This document shows positions 49,662 to 62,272 of a DNA stretch of 64,000 bases, in pieces. The DNA comes from Saccostrea echinata. Its lineage: Eukaryota. A program made the position numbers and the translations under genes. The DNA lies in the NCBI RefSeq assembly GCF_033153115.1, contig NW_026889772.1, forward strand, positions 5,952,001 through 6,016,000, given 5' to 3'. The notes beneath the pieces are model-generated. The model saw nothing but the letters and a program-made list of their open reading frames with translations. It was not told where the DNA came from and made no database searches. The first letter of the stretch is position 1. Each line of letters opens with the position of its first letter.

Positions 49662-52600
49662 ATGAGCGCGATGGAAGAAATGCTCAATGAGGAGATATCT
49701 TTTCTTGAAAAGAGCTGCGAGCGATTGCGCCTTGAAATAGAGAAGCAATCTACACCTGTTGATTCAAATAGACCAATGCGCGATTCTGGCATTGCAACAA
49801 TGGCTGGTGAAAGCCCTCAAGGAAATCAGCCCCGAGAAGACATAGGTGGAGTGACAGTAAGAAGAAAAACGGCGCAACGAAATTTGACTTCTGGGCCAGA
49901 TGCATCACTCTTGACAACAGATTATGCTGTGAGTGCGCCTCAGTATGAAGCGATTGCGCCACTGCCCAGTAGAAGAACGCCGAGCATTTTGTCAAATGCG
50001 CATCCGCATCCAGCTCATGTGTTGAGTGAGACTCTTGCGCATTCTCCTTTTCAAGTTCCACTGAGTGTGCAGTCGCAAATGCCATCGCAAGCGCAGTATC
50101 AAATTGGGTCTCCTGCGCAAATGAGAAATGCAGAATTACCTCATGAGGGTCAGGTGCAAAACAAGTATGAGATTCCAAGGTTGTCATTAAATGCGCGGTT
50201 TTCAGAAACTGCTTTAAAGGATTATGCACAGCCACCGATACCGATGAATCATTCATCCGCGGATACGCTGCATCAAATACCAGCGGATGCGCTGCATCAA
50301 ACACCAGCGAATGCGCAGTATCAAGCACCTGCACGTATGCAGTGTCGACTTGGAAATTCCGACAGGAATGAGGTAAACGCAGGGATAGATAGCGTATTTC
50401 CTCGGCAGATAAGGGACATAGTGGGTAAAGAGAAGGAAGACCAAAAAGATAAAACTATAGCCAAGTGTAACTTAAAGCCTGCAACCTTTGATGGGACTCA
50501 TTCTTGGCTAGATTACAAATCGCATTTTGATGCATGTGCGGCTATCAATAATTGGAATTCTAAGGAAAAGGGGTTGTATTTAGCAGTGTCATTACGAGGA
50601 GCTGCACAAGGAATATTAGGAAATGTTCCGTCAGAAACAGGACAACAATATGACATTTTAGTGAAAGCCCTTGAAGAAAGATTTGCCCCACCTAATCAGA
50701 CTGAGTTGTACCGTGCGCAACTAAAAGAAAGGCGACAACGGGCATCAGAAACATTATCTGAGCTAGGCCAAGCTGTGCGTAGATTAACTTATTTGGCATA
50801 TCCATCTGCACCAGCGGAAGTAAGAGAAACCCTTGGTAAGGAGGCTTTTATCGATGGATTGATAGATTCTGATATGAGACTACGCATAAAGCAGAGTCGA
50901 CCACAGAATCTCAATGAAGCTATTCGCTTAGCAGTAGAACTTGATGCCTACTACAAGACAGAAAAAAGAAGCCACATGCGCGCAATTGAAACTCACGGAC
51001 AAACCCAAACCCAAACTGCCAGTTCTGAAGATTTGAAAGCGCTGATGTAGAAAATGCAGAATAAAATAGATAATTTGGAGAGACAGATAAAGACAAATAC
51101 AAGATTTCAGAGAGAATCTTTGCAGAAAGAAGGCAAACGTAACAGGGTAAAATGTTACTACTGCTCGGAAGAAGGACACATTCGGAAAAATTGCCAAAAG
51201 TTAAAGAACAGAGTTCAAGACAAAGAAAAGGATAGACGGAGACATGTAGCAAAGTCAGATGGCGGAAGCGCATGTCAAGTTCGCAGTAGACGTAAAAGGA
51301 AGAGAAAATCTACAAAAGATGGCAATGTTGGCGCAAACAACTTGTGCGAGGAAGCAGGAATTTTTATTCAGGGAAATGTGAATGGGAGTAGCGCAAAACT
51401 CTTGATTGACACTGGAGCATCCCTTACTATTATTTCAAAGAGATTGTTTGATAGATTGCAGAAGGAAAGACCTGAGCTAAAGGAGAATGCACAGCGAATA
51501 TTTAATGCTAGTGGTTCTGTTCTGTCCCACTATGGTAAAGCAACATTTTCTTTAAAGATTGGTGAATCAGATAGAATTATTGATGCAGTTGTTGCAGATA
51601 TTTCTGTGGACGGAATTATTGGGCTTGATTTTCTAAAGAAATACAATGGGCTGATAGATCTTCAAGAGAGTTCGCTGCGATTAAATAATGAGAAATGTGC
51701 ATTTTCCTGGGAAGGTACATTAGGTTGTTACAGAGTTACTGCAGCAAGTGATATTTGCATACCACCAAGAAGTGAAATAATTATTTCAGCCAATGTTACG
51801 GGGAATATTAACTATGGAGGAGCGGATTACTTAGTTGAACCAGAACGAAAATTTATTGAGACAGGGCGTGCACTAGTTGGACGCACTCTTGTTAAAGGTA
51901 ACGATAAGATACCAGTTTGCCTAATGAACGTCACAGATGATGTGCAACAGATTTTTCGAGGAACACTAATTGGAAAAATGACAGCAGTTGAGGAGAGGCC
52001 AAAATCGACATCTTATCCTCAGGAGTTAACTAAAGAATTGCGAGGTGATCTGAAAGATTTGTTGGACAGATGTAAGGACAACCTATTGCCCGACGAAGTT
52101 ACAAAAGTTGAGGACTTTCTACTTAAAAATCAGTTTTTGTTTGCAACATCTAATTATGATTTAGGGCAGACAAATGTGGTGCGCCATAGGATAAATACGG
52201 ATCAAGCTAAACAACCCATTAAACAAGGTCCTAGGCGAATTCCGATTCATTTGTCTCATGAGGTAGATGCACAGGTAAAGGAAATGCTCAAAAAGGATGT
52301 GATAGAACCTTCAAACAGCCCTTGGGCATCGCCAGTAGTTCTTGTTCGCAAGAAAGACGGCACAATGCGCTTTTGTGTAGACTACCGTCGATTAAATGAT
52401 GTGACGACAAAGGACGCTTATCCTCTTCCAAAAATTGATGAGGCTTTTGACCATTTGTCAGGACACGAAATGTTTTCTACGCTTGATCTTAACAGTGGTT
52501 ACTGGCAGGTTAGTATGGAGGAGAGCGATAAGTCCAAAACTGCATTTGTAACGCGACAAGGGTTATTCCAATTCAAGGTAATGCCTTTTGGCTTATGCTG

Positions 52601-55058
52601 TGCGCCTGCGACGTTTGAGAGACTTATGGAAACCGTTCTTGCAGGACTCCAGTGGGATAAATGCTTAATATACCTTGACGGCATTATTGTTGTGGGCAAA
52701 TCATTTGATGATATGCTTGAAAACCTACAACATGTTTTTCAGAGATTGCATCAGGCAGGCCTAAAGTTAAAGGCCAAGAAATGCAATTTATTTGCTACCA
52801 AGGTATCCTATCTGGGACACATCATTTCCAAAGACGGGATTGCTACCGACCCAGAGAAAGTGAAAGTGGTAGCTGAGTGGCCAGTTCCAAGTACTGTGAC
52901 TGAATTAAGATCTTTTCTAGGTCTTTGCAGTTATTACAGGCGTTTTATCACGAATTTTGCCTCAGTTGCCAAACCACTGCACCGACTCACGGAAAAAGGA
53001 AGGAAGTTTCTGTGGAGTAAAGAGGCACAAGAAGCGTTCGAAGTGCTGCGCAACAAACTGATTACTGCGCCAGTATTAGCCTTACCTGATATAACAAAGC
53101 AATTTATTTTGGATACCGACGCTAGCAACGAAGCGATTGGTGCGGTATTATCTCAAAATATTGACGGTAAAGAACGTGTTATAGCATATTCTAGCCGTAC
53201 ATTGTCAAAGTCAGAGAGAAGGTATTGTGTGACACGGAAAGAACTTTTGGCCGTTGTCCATTTTATAAAGCAATACCGCCACTATCTCTATGGTAAACAG
53301 TTTCTACTTAGAACGGACCATGGGTCATTGAGATGGCTTTTAAGGTTCAAAAACCCAGAGGGCCAGTTGGCTAGGTGGCTGGAAGTAATCAGTACATATG
53401 ATATGAAAATAGAACACAGACCAGGTAAAAAGCATGGTAATGCGGACGCGCTAAGCAGAATACCATGCGCTCAGTGTGGTTTTGATACAATATCATTGGA
53501 AAATGATCCGAAAGTTGAATCAGCTGTAAGAATTTTGCACCCATCGGAGATAAGTCGAGATCATATGGATTGTAGTCTTCAAGAGGCCCAAGAGCAGAGT
53601 AGAGACATTAAGCTTGTAAAAACATGGGTTGAGAAAGGAGAGCGACCAAGTTTTAGCGATATTTCTATGCATGGCTACGTAGTGAAATCTTTGTGGAATC
53701 AGTTCCCTAGACTTACTATAGAGAACGGACTACTAATGCGTAAATGGTCTCTGCTTCTTCCCAACAAAGAAGTAAATCAAGCTATCATACCTGACCAAGA
53801 GCGCAGACGCGTCTTAGAAATGTGTCATGATAATCAGACGTCGGGACACTTGGGGGTAAACAAAACGATAGCTAAGATACGACAAAGATATTATTGGCCT
53901 GGATTTCAAAAAGATGTTTATCAGTATGTTACAGGTTGTGACAAATGTAGGAGACGTAAAAATCCAAATCCTAAACATAAAGCCCCAATGCAGATAACTG
54001 GATCAGGTATGCCCATGGAAAGGATTGCAACAGATATACTATGTGAGCTACCTGAAACGGATAGAGGAAATCGCCACATCTTGGTTGTGTCAGACTATTT
54101 CACCAAGTGGACAGAGGCATTTGCTCTGCCAAATATGGAGGCTGAGACGATTGGACGTACTATGGTGGAACAGGTTTTTGTCAGATTTGGTATCCCTTTC
54201 ACCATTCATTCGGACCAAGGTCGGCAATATGAGAGCAAGCTCTTCCAAGAGATGTGTCGGTTACTTGGAATTAAAAAGACCCGTACAACACCCTATCACC
54301 CGAAATCAGACGGGATGGTAGAGCGTTTTAACCGCACATTGCTCTCTATGTTAAGCACTTACGTAAACGAAAACCAACGTGACTGGGATTTGCATCTTCC
54401 ATATATACTTATGGCATATCGTTCTACAGAACATGACACCACCAATTTCTCGCCAAACATGCTAATGCTGGGACGCGAAGCGACTACACCATTAGAGTTG
54501 ATGTATGAAATGCCTCCAGATATCAAAGATATTCCAACAAATCAATGGGTTTGGGTGTTACGCGAACGATTAGAGTCAGCACATAAATTGGTCAGAGAAA
54601 ATATGCAAGGTGAAATGCAGCGCCAGAAGAGATACCATGATACCAAACTAGCATGGTCATCCTTTAGACCAGGAGAAAGAGTTTATGTATTTTTCCCTAC
54701 AAGAAAGAGCGGTTGTTCTCCGAAGTTAACATCGTTTTAGAGAGGGCCTTTCTTGATAGAAGACAAGTTATCGGATGTTTTATATAAGGTTGCATGCGGA
54801 ACAAAGAGCAAAAGCACTATTATCCACTGTGATCGCTTACGGAAATGTAAACCACAAATACTTCAAAGAGAGAATGATATCAGTAATTCCGAGAATCAGA
54901 ACAATGCGGAAGATGATACTCCAGAGAGTCTTGTAGAAGACAATAAAGATCAGTATGATATTGGTGAAAACTCAAACGATTGTGCTTTAGATAGGCCAAG
55001 GCGCATTAGAAATGCACCTGCGTGGCATGATGACTTTATTGTTGAATACAAATTATAA
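49662..55058 (+). pseudogene. Gypsy gag-pol polyprotein, single frame with two nonsense codons
   Basis: Gag capsid-like region, CCHC knuckle (CYYCSEEGHIRKNC), protease LIDTGA, RT (YLDG in place of YLDD), RNase H DTDAS, integrase HHCC/DDE. In-frame TAG at 51048 and at 54738 (SF*RGPF). Confidence 0.92.
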
Positions 55059-55176
55059 GCTGTCAGCTCAGCACCACCACAGATTAGTGAATAGCATAGT
55101 TTCATTATTTGTATAGTTTATAAAATACTAGTAGTGTTTATACTCAGGATTTTTTTTTTTTAATTTTTGCAGATCA

Positions 55177-55875
55177 TGGCAAACACCAAGACCACTAAAA
55201 GAAAAGAGGGTCACCTTTGTCCTATGTGTTCCCAGAGAATTAGTGAAGAATCAGAGTGGGAGAAACATATACTGGAGTGTGGGAGAAAGCGCAGGCAAAA
55301 ACGGTTTGAATGCAGTCATTGTGACTATGCTACAAATAAGAAGAGCGACATGGACAGACATTGTAGAACGCGCCATGGTGGATTCGCTAAGGTTGACAGC
55401 GAGAGTGAGGACAATTGGGAGCAGTTGGATCCCGGAAATCTCTCAGATGTTGTTGGTGAAGTACTAGCGGCTGGGACATCCCTTCCTTCTTCCGAAATGA
55501 CACAGAGGAAACCAACAAGACCGGCTCCCGTACACACTCCAAAAGTCAAGAGCTTTCTAAGCAAGCGTTCTTTAATTCCTGTTGCTCCTGCTATGTTCCG
55601 GCATCCGGCATCCTATGACGACTGTGAAAGAACATACAGCTCCTTCAGCAACAGTATCAGCGGCTGTGTCGACTGATGTCCAGGATTGCAGTGTTCAGGT
55701 TTCCATCCATTCCGTTGGAGTGGACAAATGTACTCAGACTCTTCCTTCCGAACAAGTACCAGAGGCAACTCAGACTGAATTTACTAAGAAGAGGCGCCTG
55801 GATCGGATTCAGGAAACTTATCAAAAGGATGGAAAGACTGTTGTAGAGATTCATGAGGACGAACTTTGGTTTTAG
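55177..55875 (+). pseudogene. Gypsy accessory ORF3: two C2H2-type zinc fingers plus a TQT-motif tail; frameshifted by a 7-bp duplication
   Basis: Polypyrimidine acceptor ttttgcag|atcATG; CPMC..H...C and CSHC..H....H fingers; tccggca x2 at 55597-55610 shifts the frame into the 55582-55875 ORF. Confidence 0.75.
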
Positions 55876-58847
55876 TGATTAAACATGTAGTTATGGCAAA
55901 TAGCATATTAAATTTAAGCAGAGGGCTTAGAATGCTTAAATGTTTATGGGACATGCACAGAGTTAGTCAGGAAGACTATTGCATGATGTAAATAAATAAT
56001 GAACATGTGCAAATATTGTTTGCCTCTAGTTTTTCTTTATTGAGGAATGCGAGACGCACTTCCTGGAGGCGTGGGTAATGAAGCAAAACTGAAATCAAGA
56101 TCAATTATCCCTTCGTTTCTCGGTAGTTACATTGTGATGACTTCCTGTTTCTTTGTTCCCTTCGGTTCTCAGCAGGTCACGTGACCTGAAGTGTGTATAT
56201 ATACGGAGACAGTCGGGTTGTTTGAAGCAGTCTGTTGCTGACTACTGGCTTGTAAAGACAGTCTAGAACAGAAGAGCTGAACGTGGTAGGTACTGCAAGG
56301 GAATCCTTGAATAAAGTCTTGCGTGCCTGAATTAGGCTTTCAGGACTTTGGTTGGTTATATATATTTATATAAAGTACCTTTATACATTTGTGTGACTGA
56401 AGGCAAGAAGCGAATGCGCTTCAGTCCTTGGAAGGCGCGTGCGCTCCCGAGGAACGAGAGGGATAGTGTACATATTTCTAATTTAAATTTGTGATTGAGA
56501 AAATTGATTAATTCTTAAATTGTTCAGATAGAACAACCGAATCCCATAAAAGAACCCGGAAACGTTACATAACTATGACGGAGGCTAAAAAAACCAAAAC
56601 AAACTGTGCTTGCAGGTTTTAATATAAAAATTTAAAGAAATGGAATAATTCGACTTTATGCAGGATCTTATGAAAATTAAGTAAATCACGTGGGAGCAAC
56701 CTCATGAATAAACTGTACATCATTTCTTCATATGATGCAATATGGTATCTATATGTCCCAACCTGTTTCTGAACTTATGTATTTTATGATCCAGATAGGA
56801 AAGGGAGTGCCTACAAATCTTTATTTTTAAATCTGAAGTTGGAGTGTAGATCTTACACGTGTCTTTTTCTCATATGTTTTATAATTTTTTTTATTTAACA
56901 TGAGATAAAATTGAAAAAAAAAGTTGAGGTAATTAAATATATCAACATAACAATTGATATTATGTGAAACAATCAATTGCTTGCATTTCTATTTTTAAAA
57001 AGTGTCAATTCCATTTACTTTTTTTCAAAACCGACTAAAGGTGCACATAAAACCAGAGATAGGCTCATCTACACTATCAGCTCAAACATAATCTGATCGG
57101 GGTCGGGTCACTTACATTATCGATTAGTTTTTATTTTTACTAATTCTTCCTGATTTAATGTGTTTAAAAAAAATATAAGTAAACTGTCCATTCATAATTG
57201 CAAACATTCATTTGTTAATCTAATAACAGTATTTTAAAAATGTTTAAAAAATATAACTACAAGTATATAAGTGATCGTATAAACAACGTCGTGTCTTCAG
57301 GGACGTGTGTGCGGTGTGAAGTGTTTCGATCATTTGGTAGTTGTACTTAGTTTTATCTTATTTTAATTAATGCTGTATATTTTATTTCAGGAATTTCATT
57401 CATTCATTCATCCATACATCTATAGAAGCGCTGCGTCTGCATTACTAATATATTATTTATTTATATGTTTAAATCATAAACATCCCTATTTAAATAATGG
57501 TTTAACCCAAAGACTATGGGTTAAGGTACATGTAGATATATGGATTAGTCCATTTATAAATAAGGGTATTGTCTGTTTTAAAACATTCTATTGGTCAGTT
57601 GGTATTGTTTGGTCAAAGTTGTCCATTCAGGTGGGAAACCTTTGTTTTATTATTCTATTCAGAAATTTTTGTCTGAGAAGGATGTAGAGATCTGGTTGTC
57701 TGTTATAATTTGATTTATATATATATATTGGAGTATATTAAACATCCATAATTAGTAAGTAAATCCTTTTCTTAAACTAATTAAATGATCATAAACTAAA
57801 ATTAAAGGTAATGAATGAAATAATAAAGTATTTTAATATAAACGTGCTAAATGAGTATGAATGTGCTAGAGTGAAAGTTCTAAAGTTATTAAAGTTAAGA
57901 TTGATATTGTAAAGTAAGAGCAAGTTATGTTTTAATCTAATTCATGTAGATCTTTGGAATTAAGATCTGGGTTTGAATTATTATGATTTTATAATTTATT
58001 AATCCATTAGGTCATCATGTAATAACTCTTAATGTCATCCTGATCAAGAGATAAATCACTCAGTTCCATACACTGGTATGTTAAACTCATTTTTTAAAGT
58101 AGTAAATATTTCAGTATAGAGAAATATAATTTATATCAATTAATTCAGTAAGAGTTTCAGAGAGTTATCGCCCTTTGAATGCGTTTATATAAAGTGTAAA
58201 GTAATGGCCTAAATGAATGTTTTATGTGTTTCAATTGTGATCGTTTTGTGTTGTAAAGTGAATGTGCTTGTTTATATGTTGTCTATGTATTTATATGTTG
58301 TTATTGTTATTTTAGGGTTGATTTAAAACATTTAATTCATCTTGAAATCAACTATATATCTCCACGGAATAAATATTCAGAATCCAACCCTATATACCAT
58401 CTTGCAGCCATTTTTTAATTTCTACAAGAACCGGTTACAATCACACGACGGTCGTGTATATATTTCTGGAAATGTGCGATTGCTATTTGCACGACGGTCG
58501 TGTAAACAGATTTTTTTCCTTACGAATGTGCACGACGGTCGTGTATATATCTCATCAATTTGCAATAGCTATTTGCACGACGGTCGTGTAAATAGACTTT
58601 CTTTACGATGCACACGACGGTCGTGTATATATCATCGGCCGTTTTGCTTTGAGAGTGTGACACATGTACATCTGTACATGGGCCATGATGGGGACTGTTG
58701 TAAAGTCAAAAGCAGTATGGTACGTTGATTTAAGTAAATCCTCCATTTATAATTTTGTTGATGAATTTGTTCTGCTTTTTTGTGAGGATCTGATGTTTGC
58801 ACAATCGTATCCAAACTTAAGATCTGACGCACAGGTACTTGGTATTC

Positions 58848-59491
58848 TCTTCTCGTCCATCCATCCCTCGTATGTTTTCAGGGGGTCCTGGATTCCGCAA
58901 GCAGACAAAATACTTTCATAACACTTAGCATTAAGTTCTCAAACATCACAAGCCGTTAGAATAATAGGCAGCTTTAACTTGGAAGCAGAAAAACAAAGAG
59001 CTACAAGTTCTTCTTTAGTACCTTCCCTAACAAAAGAGTACTATAGTTTACTATAGTTAACTAAAGTTTACTATAGTTAACTATAGTTTACTATAGTATC
59101 AAAGTTCTTTCACTTTAGTAAATCAAAGTATTTGTACTATGGATTTCAGATCATTATATTTTTTGTTCTTTAATTCATACATGCACATTTTTATACTAAA
59201 GTGAAATACTATTTGTATATTCACATATTATTTCCAAATTTTACATCACTTTTATCGAATTTAAGAGATTTTAAGCTTTGAAATCTCAAAAAAAGTTCAA
59301 GAGTAAAGTTTCATAGTAAATCAAAGTATCAAAGTTTTCACTATACATGTATATAGTAAACTATAGTTAACAATAGTAAATTTTTGTTAGGGTTCCTTAG
59401 ACAGACCCCTCTTCGTTAAATAAGCCTTCAAATTCTCCGTTTTCCACGATTGGAATTCTTGTAAGGTATAAGTCTGATCTCGAGGATCCAT
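58848..59491 (-). pseudogene. 5' part of the ISL2EU YqaJ gene (SAP-like N-terminus), interrupted by a MITE
   Basis: MDPRDQ..WKTENLKAYLTKRGLSKE rejoins in frame to GTKEELVALCF..QDPLKTYEGWMDEK once 59025-59392 and one TT are removed; it continues logically into GREKWPP at 46905. Confidence 0.7.
59025..59392. mobile_element. EnSpm-like MITE (CCC termini, 2-bp TSD TT)
   Basis: TIR ccctaacaaaa / ttttgttaggg; subterminal actatagtt repeats; its removal restores the host reading frame. Confidence 0.8.
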
Positions 59492-60129
59492 ATTGTAAGA
59501 ATTGATATCAAAAGCATATACGGAAAATAATTTAAAAAAAATAGTAATTCGATAAATAAATATATCCAGGTAATTTCTGCTCAATTAGTTTAGCAATATG
59601 GCCGCTTAGGTTAAAAACTTTTACGCCGATTGACCTTTGACACGGGCCGCTTATAACATATTATTGAGGAATGTGAAAGTCGTCTATTAACACCCACAAG
59701 GATGTCATAAATTTTTCATATGAAAAACTGAAGGCGGGGTAAATCTAATTAATGCTGAGTGGCGACGTCATCAAAATTGGCAATTTTAACATAAATTTTC
59801 GATATGTAAAATAGAATACCTGTATAGCTGATACACAGCTTTAGCTCACCTGTGCCAAAGGATCAAATGAACATATGTGATGGAAGTCTGGATGCTGTCT
59901 GTCTGTATGGTGTTTGACATCAGTAAACCTTAAGCTTTCCTGTTTTTGACTTTATCTCTAGAAACATATTACCAAATGTTAATAGACAAAATATCTTATA
60001 AAGTGAATTTAGATTTATTGAAATGAAGTGCCATGCCTTCTTCGAGGAAAGTCAATTAAGAAATAGTAAAAATGTTATTAAAAAAAATAAAATATGTTGA
60101 AGTCAAGTACTACAGGATCCAAATAATAA

Positions 60130-60368
60130 CATGGCCGTAGGAACCGTGCCCCCAATAGTTTTGCCGATATATAGCTTACTATAGAAAACATAGCTACTAT
60201 ATGCTTGTGCCCCCTTAATAAAAACGTCTAATGACCTTTTTTTTTCTTTTTTTTTCTTGTCAAGGAATTTTTGGTAGTTTATAGTGCCCCCTCAACTGAA
60301 AATGTATAGCTGTGCCCCCCCCCCTAAAAAAACAAACAAACAAACTGAAATTGCTTCCTACGGGCCTG
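60130..60368. mobile_element. hAT-like MITE
   Basis: TIR catggccgtaggaa / ttcctacgggcctg; 8-bp TSD aataataa/aataatca; an inverted partial copy lies at ~29300-29441. Confidence 0.7.
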
Positions 60369-60420
60369 AATAATCAAAGTACTGTAAGTACTGATAGACG
60401 GTGGCATGAATGATTTTGTT

Positions 60421-60656
60421 CTTTTAACGTCCTTCTCGAGAATTTTTCACTCATATTGAGACATATCTAGATCTACATTCAGCACTCCGGGCCATTGGGT
60501 AGTGAGGGATCTTTTTGACCAGCACTTACTGCGACACGGGACCTCGGTTTAACTGTCCCCACGTCCCGCAGTGGGATTCGAACCCGCTACGTAAGGATCG
60601 ACCCCTTCATGCTCGTGACTCTAAAGCAAACTCTAACCACTGCGCCATACGGCGAC
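60421..60656 (-). mobile_element. tRNA-derived SINE
   Basis: Minus-strand A box tggcgcagtgg and B box ggttcgaatcc; similar to 30428-30707. Confidence 0.75.
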
Positions 60657-62272
60657 TGGCATTGAATGAGATAAAATATTATAAGAATCTGTAATATGAT
60701 ATGATGGAAATTATGAAAGTTTATTGCAATTTTTCACTATACATGTTTTTTAATAAGTAAATTTATATTTCCGTAGTATAATGAGGACATGTATTAATTG
60801 GAGTTGTTAATGTATTGCATGAAATTTTCTACATTAGGTTTATTATAAAATAAGGATTGAATTAAAAAAAAACTATCCTGAAATGCCAGATAAGAAACTT
60901 CGATCATTTCATTTTTTTTTTCTATATGTACTATTGTGGTGTACAGTCAAATGCTAATTTAAAAATGAAAACATATTTAAGGATGATGGACAGATTGAAA
61001 TTACGTATTCAAATAATGGATTTTGGGATGTTTTAGTATTTTCCCCACAAATTAATGCTTGAAAGGTGTCAAAACCAGTTTACCCTAAATGTTAAATCAT
61101 AAGGGAATCAAGGTTCCTAATATACTCATGTAGTGACCGAACATTTTTATTCTAAGATGCACGTCTTACAAAAATGTGTAATGAAATCGTGGTGTTTTGA
61201 AGTTAGAAATTTTGACTTTATAATTCCAAATCTTTACTCAGTGATCAATAATCAAATTTTGCGACCACCCCCCCCCCCCCCAAAAAAAGAAAATATGAAC
61301 AATTTTTCGTAACTTATTGGAAAAGTTTTTGAAATTTTTAGTAGAATTGAACCCACAATATTTTTTTTAACAAAAACTTACTTTTCATAAAGTATATGGT
61401 AAAAAGGGAAATGATGAAAAACTTTTGGCCATGTACTGTAGATTGTGCGACATAAATCATATGCTGAAGATAATGAAATAGGTTTTATCTTTGGATTCCC
61501 ATCTTTTCCAAATTCCCTGGCTGTAATTAACATTTATAAAACACGCAATTCCGGAACAAGGAATGTGCAGTCCTCGAATCATATTGTACTTTTGGAATTG
61601 GAGAAATTTGGAGATCGACGCTTTCCTAGCATGGAGTATCTCATAATTAGGGAGTATCAAATTGGGAACGTCTCGTAATTACCGTTTGTCGCATACATGT
61701 AACTAAGAAACCACAGTGCGTGTGTTTAGCAATTATGATTATTTGATTTCAAAGTTAAAATGTGAAACCATTATTCTCAAATATTTTCCCTGAAATATTC
61801 CGATTATTAGTAAATATTATTTAAATTTTACATTAACACAAAGTTTAAAAAAAAAAGCCGTGTCACTTCTGTAGTTTGCATACGAATATACAAGTCAGTC
61901 TGTGTACGAATAAGTTGTAGGTCGGCGTAATTTAATGAATATTCATGAAGCGAGAAATATCGATAACAGCAAATATCAGGAATAAAGCTTTGTGCCCATC
62001 AACAAAATGTCTTTGAAATAACTTGAGAGTATTTGTTAACTATGTGCATTTTATTTTCAAACATTGAATCAAGCCTATTTTCATTATTTGGACTCTGCAA
62101 AAATCGCCGCTAGGGTCCCCCTGATTTTACACTGTTGTTATTTATAGCCCAAAAGCAGCAGCAATAGCCTGTGGCTATAAATGGGTGAGGATAACGAACA
62201 GTGCTCGGTGTGAAAGGTTTCAGACATAGTGTAAATTCAAGATTTTTTAAATCAGGACCTGTAGGGGTAAAC

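Larger units (their letters stand above)
49073..56569 (+). mobile_element. Full-length Ty3/Gypsy LTR retrotransposon
   Basis: 491-bp LTRs (49073-49563, 56079-56569), TG..CA, with two mismatches seen by eye; 4-bp TSD TAAC; PBS and purine-rich PPT present; gag-PR-RT-RH-IN order. Confidence 0.96.
46906..58657. mobile_element. EnSpm/CACTA-like non-autonomous insertion splitting the YqaJ gene; left terminus lost
   Basis: Arrays of gcacgaccgtcgtgta at 46930-47060 and the inverted cacgacggtcgtg at 58440-58630; right end ...ttgagagtg (CACTCTC terminus). Confidence 0.55.
39384..59685. mobile_element. ISL2EU (PIF/Harbinger-ISL2EU group) DNA transposon, inactivated and expanded by nested insertions
   Basis: AT dinucleotide on both flanks; TIR AG(T/A)CGACTTTCACATT (15/16 match); exact 21-bp subterminal inverted motif tcaaaggtcaatcggcgtaaa. 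Contains convergent THAP-DDE transposase and SWIM-YqaJ-PHD genes. Confidence 0.78.

Noticed and set aside
51048-51050. Programmed gag-pol stop-codon readthrough
   Set aside because: The stop precedes the nucleocapsid zinc knuckle and the element has other lesions; a nonsense mutation is simpler.
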